Shown one piece after another: positions 36,209-41,298 of a stretch of 41,298 nucleotides of DNA. The DNA lies in contig JAOUEV010000030.1 in assembly GCA_029858565.1 (NCBI GenBank), positions 1 through 41,298 on the forward strand. The letters are read 5' to 3'. Source of the stretch: Nitrospirota bacterium. GTDB lineage: Bacteria > Nitrospirota > UBA9217. The notes below the pieces were generated by a model that searched no databases, was not told the origin of the DNA, and saw only the letters and a list, made by a program, of their open reading frames with translations. The position numbers and the translations under genes are program-made. Every line of letters starts with the position of its first letter. Position 1 is the first letter of the stretch.

Positions 36209-38212
36209 TTACTCTGACGTTCCTTTTTCAGGATTCCCTGTACGGGTGAGCAAATCCAGCGCGCTATCGAGTTCCTGATGGCTGCCGAGCAGCACCAGGA
36301 TGTCATCCGCCTGGAGAACGAGGTCCGGGCCGGGGTTGGTCAGGGCTTCTCCTGCGCGGACAATTGCGATCATCGTGGCTCCGGTCGATTTCCGAAGGTC
36401 CAGTTCACGGAGAGATCTGCCTGCAGCGGGATGCTCCTCGAGTATTTGGACGTTCTCGACCGTTGCAGCTGCGAACAATGCGGCGATCTTCTCGATCTTG
36501 CTCTGGTCAAGCGATATTCCCCGAAGCATTTTATACCCGTCAAATCGTACCAAGCTGATCTGGCTGCTGATGATATTTGCGGGTACATGGTACAGGTGCA
36601 GTACCCGGGAAAATATCTCAATAGAGGTCTCAAATTCCTCGGTGATGACCTGGTCAGCGCCGAGGGCGAGCAGGGCGTCGACATCGGCTGCGTATCTTGT
36701 ACGCACCAGGATAAATATCGAAGAATTGATCCTGCGGACATGCTTGATGGCGACGCGAGTCGCACCGAAATCCGATATGGCAAATACGATAGCGCGGGCG
36801 CAGGGCGCTCCGGCGCGGACAAGAACATCCTCACGCGTGATGTCTCCGTAGATGATGGGCTCGCCATCATCCCGTGCCTTGCGGATGGTATCAGCGTTCA
36901 CTTCGAGGACCGTATAGGGGATGTGGGTCGCCTTGAGCGTGCGAGCCAGGTTCTTCCCGTTCAGGCCGTATCCTGCGATGATGGTGTGTCCGGTGAGGGC
37001 ACAGATCGCAGGCTGATCTACAGATTCTGAAGCAACCAAGCGAAGCCGGTCGGCCATCCAAGGGGAGGCTTGAATGATGAACGGAGTTGCCACCATGGTC
37101 AGGATGGACGTATTTATGAAGGCCTGATAGGTGGTCCCTTCGATAAGTCCGAGAGCTGCCCCCTGCTGCGCCAGGAGGAACGAGAACTCTCCGGCTTGCG
37201 ATAGGGCCAATGCCGCTAGTAGAGCAGAACGGAACGGATACTTGAGCAGGAAGGCCGTTCCTGCGACCAGAGTGGTCTTGAGAATGATCAGTGCGGCGGT
37301 CAGGGAAAGCAGCAGGGGCCAATGATCGGCAAAATAACCGGTCTGAAGAAGCATCCCCATGGAAATGAAAAATATGCTGGCAAAATAATCACGAAAAGGC
37401 AGTATGTCGGCAACAATATGATGGCTGTATTCCGATTCGGCAATGATGAGGCCGGCCAGGAAGGCGCCAAGCGCAAGGGAAAGCCCGAGGCTGAAGGTCA
37501 CCCATGCCGTACCAAGGCAGAGCAGAACAACCAGGAGAAAGAACATTTCCCTGTTCCGCAGCCGGATCACCTGATGCAGCAAAAAAGGAACGATACGGCG
37601 GGCGGCAAGAAAGACCGCGGCCAAGCCGAGGAATGCTTTGCCCAGGCTGATTATCACGGACAGGATGGTGATCCCTCCAGCCGATCGTGCCTCCCCGAGC
37701 ACCGGCAGCAACAGAAGAAGCGGGACGACCGCCATGTCCTGAAACAGGAGGATGCCTGTGGACAATCGGCCGTGAGCTGAATCAAGCTCCGCACGGTCCG
37801 TATACATCTTCAGTACGATGGCCGTGCTGCTGAGGGAAGCCAGGAACCCGAAAAAAACCGCCTGATGAAAAGGATAGTGGAACAGCATCGCGATCCCGGC
37901 GACACACATGATCGTCAGCCCGACCTGGAAGCTTCCTCCGATGAGGAATTGCCTCCCGAATCGCATGATATCGGCAATGGAGAACTCCAGTCCCACAGTG
38001 AAGAGGAGGAGCACGACTCCTATCTCGGACAGTCGTTCGACTGCGTGGGTCTCCGTAATGAACGATGCACCGTAGGGACCGATGATCACGCCGGTGATCA
38101 GGAAGCCTACCAGAGCAGGAAGGCGGATCTTGTGGAAGAGGAACGTAATGGGAAGTGAAACGGCGAGTAGGATGATGAGTTCGCGGAGTATGGTTATTTC
38201 CTGATCGTGCAT
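36209..38212 (-). CDS. CPA2 family K+/H+ antiporter (KefC-like) with TrkA-N and TrkA-C domains
   Basis: Motifs EIGVVLLLFTVGLEFS, SSTAIV, GILLFQD, LGAFLAG, SQAGEFSF, IIAGYGLNG and YGDIT; C-terminal RCK_C domain. Confidence 0.9.
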   Translation of the reverse strand: MHDQEITILRELIILLAVSLPITFLFHKIRLPALVGFLITGVIIGPYGASFITETHAVERLSEIGVVLLLFTVGLEFSIADIMRFGRQFLIGGSFQVGLTIMCVAGIAMLFHYPFHQAVFFGFLASLSSTAIVLKMYTDRAELDSAHGRLSTGILLFQDMAVVPLLLLLPVLGEARSAGGITILSVIISLGKAFLGLAAVFLAARRIVPFLLHQVIRLRNREMFFLLVVLLCLGTAWVTFSLGLSLALGAFLAGLIIAESEYSHHIVADILPFRDYFASIFFISMGMLLQTGYFADHWPLLLSLTAALIILKTTLVAGTAFLLKYPFRSALLAALALSQAGEFSFLLAQQGAALGLIEGTTYQAFINTSILTMVATPFIIQASPWMADRLRLVASESVDQPAICALTGHTIIAGYGLNGKNLARTLKATHIPYTVLEVNADTIRKARDDGEPIIYGDITREDVLVRAGAPCARAIVFAISDFGATRVAIKHVRRINSSIFILVRTRYAADVDALLALGADQVITEEFETSIEIFSRVLHLYHVPANIISSQISLVRFDGYKMLRGISLDQSKIEKIAALFAAATVENVQILEEHPAAGRSLRELDLRKSTGATMIAIVRAGEALTNPGPDLVLQADDILVLLGSHQELDSALDLLTRTGNPEKGTSE

Positions 38213-38260
38213 GGACACTATGATACCACATTTACCAGAAAAGAGCTCCGTTGACGCGTG

Positions 38261-38319
38261 AATGAACCCGACAATGAACCCGAAACTCCTTGACAGTCTC
38301 CGCGCCTGCATGTTAATGT
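38261..38319 (+). promoter_or_regulatory. resB promoter with an upstream 11-bp direct repeat
   Basis: AATGAACCCGA x2 (38261-38271, 38273-38283). TTGACA (38290-38295), 18 nt, TAATGT (38314-38319) with a TGn extension. Confidence 0.45.
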
Positions 38320-38361
38320 GTCAACCCAGGCAGCCATGTGGATTAGCGGAGGTTCCGAGCG

Positions 38362-39870
38362 TTGGAAACAAAAGGCCAGCAAGGCATCGTTGAAGTCGTT
38401 TCTGAAAAGATCTGGAAATTCTTTGCATCAGTCAAGCTAGCAGTTGTTCTGCTGATCATACTCGCCGCTGTATCCATTGTCGGAACGGTCATCCAGCAGA
38501 ACCAGGCTCCGGAGGATTATCTCCGTGAATACAGCCAGTCAACGATAGATCTTTTCGAGTCGATCGGGCTGTTCGACCTCTATCACACCTGGTGGTTCGT
38601 CCTGCTCCTGCTTCTTTTCACGGCAAACCTCACCATTTGCACGCTCGATAGATTCCCGTCAGCGTGGAAAGCCATTCGCGCTCCGCTCCGTCCCATGTCG
38701 GAAGAGGGTTTTAAGGCATTGCCCTGCAAAAAGGAATTGACGATCAAGGGAAGCACGGAGGAGGCCGAGGCAGTTGTCATCAGGGCACTAAGCTCGGGGC
38801 GCTATAAATACGCGCTTTCCAAAGAGCAGGGGATGACCCACATAGCATCTCAGCGAGGTGCATACAGCCGGTTGGGAGTATATATAACCCATGTAAGCAT
38901 ACTGCTCATTTTCACAGGTGCGATCATTGGCGCATTTTTCGGATTCAAGGGATTCCTGAACCTGCCGGAAGGCGAAGCATCCTCTGTGGTATATCTTCGC
39001 AATGAGCCCATCTGGGACAAGATCATGGACGGTTTCGGCATCAGCAAAAGCCAGGTCATCCTGGACCCGCGCATCGGCGTGCCTGCCATGCCGCTGGGCT
39101 ATTATGTCCGTTGCGACAATTTTGAGGTCGATTATTATACGAACCAGGGCCGACCCACAGGAATGCCTTCCGAATACTGGAGCCAGCTTTCGGTTTTCGA
39201 TATGGAACGGCAGAAGGTCCTGGATAAACGCATCCGCGTAAATGACCCGCTCACCCATCACGGGATCACCTTCTATCAGTCGAGCTACGGCACCATACCG
39301 AATGCAAGCGGCAAGGTCGTTTTGACCGTCAAGATGAAGAACTCTGCCGACGCCGGAGAAAAAGTGGTCGCGGAGCTCGACGGCACGGTCTATGTTCCGT
39401 CCATTGATCGGACGATCCGCATCCTGGGGGTATCTCCTTACGGGGTTCGAGATCCCATGAGCGGCCAGATCCAGTACTATCGTTCTCAGAATGGAGAGTT
39501 CGTGAATCCCGTTGTTGAGCTTGAGGTCCTGCGTGGCTCAAAACCGGTCTATCGAACCCAGGTCATGAAAGTGGACCCAGGGGAACCGTCGATGCCGGAG
39601 AACTATACGATCAGCTATTCGGATTATTGGGGTGCGCGATATACCGGTCTCCAGGTAACCAAGGATCCCGGTGTTCTGGTAGTGTACTCGGGATTCATCC
39701 TGCTGTGCATCGGACCGATCATTGCATTTTTCGGGTCCCACCGCAAGATATGGGTGCGCTTGCAGGACCGCAAGGGCCAAACCGCCGTGATGGCGGGCGG
39801 TTCGTCGAACCGGAACCGCATCGGCTTTGAGCGTGAGTTCGCAGGCATATTTGAAAAGATTGCGAAGTAA
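38362..39870 (+). CDS. resB: System II cytochrome c biogenesis protein ResB/Ccs1
   Basis: FASVKLAVVLL, GTVIQQ, LYHTWWF, NLTICT, GVYITH, IRVNDPL..GITFYQSSY, TGLQVTKDPG. TTG start after GGAGG. Confidence 0.92.
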   Translation: METKGQQGIVEVVSEKIWKFFASVKLAVVLLIILAAVSIVGTVIQQNQAPEDYLREYSQSTIDLFESIGLFDLYHTWWFVLLLLLFTANLTICTLDRFPSAWKAIRAPLRPMSEEGFKALPCKKELTIKGSTEEAEAVVIRALSSGRYKYALSKEQGMTHIASQRGAYSRLGVYITHVSILLIFTGAIIGAFFGFKGFLNLPEGEASSVVYLRNEPIWDKIMDGFGISKSQVILDPRIGVPAMPLGYYVRCDNFEVDYYTNQGRPTGMPSEYWSQLSVFDMERQKVLDKRIRVNDPLTHHGITFYQSSYGTIPNASGKVVLTVKMKNSADAGEKVVAELDGTVYVPSIDRTIRILGVSPYGVRDPMSGQIQYYRSQNGEFVNPVVELEVLRGSKPVYRTQVMKVDPGEPSMPENYTISYSDYWGARYTGLQVTKDPGVLVVYSGFILLCIGPIIAFFGSHRKIWVRLQDRKGQTAVMAGGSSNRNRIGFEREFAGIFEKIAK

Positions 39871-39888
39871 GTCATCCGGGAGGATTAG

Positions 39889-41133
39889 ATGGAAAGTTCC
39901 CTGTTGTTCAATTTAGCCACCCTAGCCTATCTGGCAGCCATGGTTCTCTATGTTGCTTTTCTTGTTCTTAAAAAGGAAAACGTAGGAAAATCTGCTTCCG
40001 TCCTGGCTTATGCCGGCCTTGCTGTACAGACCGTAGCATTGATCATGCGCTGGGCGGAATCCTATCAGATGGGTATCGGCCGTGTTCCCTTGTCCAACCT
40101 GTATGAATCGCTGGTGTTCTTTACCTGGTGTACCGTGCTGATCTATGTGGTTGTCGAATGGAAGTACAAGACCAGGGCCTTCGGCGCTTTTGTGATGCCC
40201 GTAGCATTCATGGCACTGGCCTTTATCAACGTGGCAGGCATCAGCAATGACATTACGCCTCTTGTGCCTGCGCTGAAGAGCAACTGGCTTTTATACCATG
40301 TTCTGCTCAGCTTCATCAGCTACGCCACCTTTGGTGTAGCTTTTGCGGTAAGCATAATTTACCTGCTGCAGGATACCGAAGAGCGTGGTTCGGCAGGTTA
40401 TCTTGCGGCGGCGCTCGGCATATCGACGGTGCTCATCGTCCTGGGGTATGTTCTCAACTCCGCGGGCATGAAGGTCCAGTTCTGGATGGGACTGGGAATC
40501 CTTGCTATGGTCTGGTTCACCTATATGGTCGTGAAGGGCGCGCTCAGCAGACCTCAAGTCTATCTGTTCATCACCTTTTGCACAACCCTTGCCTCTGGCA
40601 TGCTCATTTTCATGGGTATTGATTTTTTGATCTTCAAAATGCTGCATCAGACGTCGGCTGCCGATGACGGCTTCAGAAAGCACATGTTTGAATCGACGTT
40701 CATCAGCAACTCCATACCGGTCATCGCGATCTCCTGGGCCGGTGTTTTGGCTCTGTTCGCGGTCATATGGTCTTCTGGATTAAAGATCAAGGTGATGCTC
40801 AAACAGTTCCTCCCAGCGCAGGAAATTCTCGACGATCTGAACTACCGCATGATCGCCATCGGCTGGCCATTATTCACAGCAGGAGGGCTTGTCATGGGAG
40901 CCATCTGGGCGAACAGCGCATGGGGAACGTACTGGGGCTGGGATCCCAAAGAGACCTGGTCGCTCATCACGTGGTTCGTCTATTCCATCTATCTTCACGC
41001 GCGCTATGTGCGGGGGTGGAAAGGCACCCAGATGGCGGTCATCTCTTCAATTGGCTTCCTGTCCGTGATCTTCACCTATCTCGGTGTGAACCTGGTCCTG
41101 TCAGGACTGCATTCCTACGGCGGCATGAACTAA
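39889..41133 (+). CDS. resC: System II cytochrome c biogenesis heme transporter ResC/CcsA with an internal TM insertion
   Basis: PLSNLYES, LVPALKSNWLLYHV, WWD motif WGTYWGWDPKETWS, YLHAR and GVNLVLSGLHSY. Confidence 0.92.
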   Translation: MESSLLFNLATLAYLAAMVLYVAFLVLKKENVGKSASVLAYAGLAVQTVALIMRWAESYQMGIGRVPLSNLYESLVFFTWCTVLIYVVVEWKYKTRAFGAFVMPVAFMALAFINVAGISNDITPLVPALKSNWLLYHVLLSFISYATFGVAFAVSIIYLLQDTEERGSAGYLAAALGISTVLIVLGYVLNSAGMKVQFWMGLGILAMVWFTYMVVKGALSRPQVYLFITFCTTLASGMLIFMGIDFLIFKMLHQTSAADDGFRKHMFESTFISNSIPVIAISWAGVLALFAVIWSSGLKIKVMLKQFLPAQEILDDLNYRMIAIGWPLFTAGGLVMGAIWANSAWGTYWGWDPKETWSLITWFVYSIYLHARYVRGWKGTQMAVISSIGFLSVIFTYLGVNLVLSGLHSYGGMN

Positions 41134-41155
41134 GTCAGATACAGGAGTAATAACG

Positions 41156-41191
41156 AAGGCCGGCATCCTGGTGATGCCGGCCTTTTCTTTT
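41156..41191 (+). terminator. Intrinsic terminator of resBC
   Basis: 12-bp stem AAGGCCGGCATC / GATGCCGGCCTT with a 5-nt loop, followed by TTCTTTT. Confidence 0.9.
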
Positions 41192-41298
41192 GTGCGCCCA
41201 GCATGGGCGCACTCTTGTGGGTGTGAGTCCCACCGTAAGCTGATCACAGCGAACGAAGCGAAGCGCAACTGCATGAGGGCGACCAAGTGTGGGAAGGA
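41192..41298 (+). mobile_element. 5' end (domain I) of a group IIC intron, truncated by the window end
   Basis: Begins GTGCG immediately after the terminator U-tract. GTGCGCCCAGCATGGGCGCA, GGGTGTGAGTCCC, CGCAA, GGCGAC and GAAGGA appear in the order seen in IIC domain I. Confidence 0.8.

Noticed and set aside
38213-38311. 33-aa N-terminal extension of the Kef antiporter in the ORF track
   Set aside because: It overlaps the divergent promoter region, and CPA2 similarity starts at Met 38212, which has its own extended -10.
1-41298. CRISPR arrays, rRNA, transposases or defence systems
   Set aside because: No regularly spaced repeats, rRNA-like segments, or transposase/nuclease motifs were seen by eye.

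Overview
A mostly housekeeping and respiratory stretch from an anaerobic Gram-negative bacterium. The gene content resembles Nitrospirota/Desulfobacterota; this is inferred from the genes only. Left to right: a partial XRE regulator, a DUF512 radical-SAM/PDZ gene, aroE, the type IV pilus block pilB-pilT-pilC-pilS-pilR (no pilin), a UbiD-family decarboxylase, a CNNM/CorC protein, purC, lysS, lolC/E-(small membrane ORF)-lolD and prmA. Next comes a candidate nitrosative/redox-stress island (globin-PsiE fusion, frameshifted CBS gene, HPP transporter, Rrf2 regulator, cupin, NapH-like polyferredoxin) carrying two matching Crp/Fnr-type palindromes. It is followed by DUF401, TonB, a short core methionine synthase, frameshifted queF, a decayed degP, tatA-tatC-mobB, hemL and atpZ/atpI without atpB/atpE. 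An electron-transfer cluster follows (tetraheme cytochrome + Tat-exported 4Fe-4S protein + NrfD, an 11-heme NapC/NrfH-like cytochrome, a triheme c7), then tRNA-Sec, a Kef-type antiporter and system II cytochrome c maturation (resB/resC). The window ends inside the 5' end of a group IIC intron inserted just after an intrinsic terminator. All calls are by eye from motifs and family knowledge; no database searches were run.
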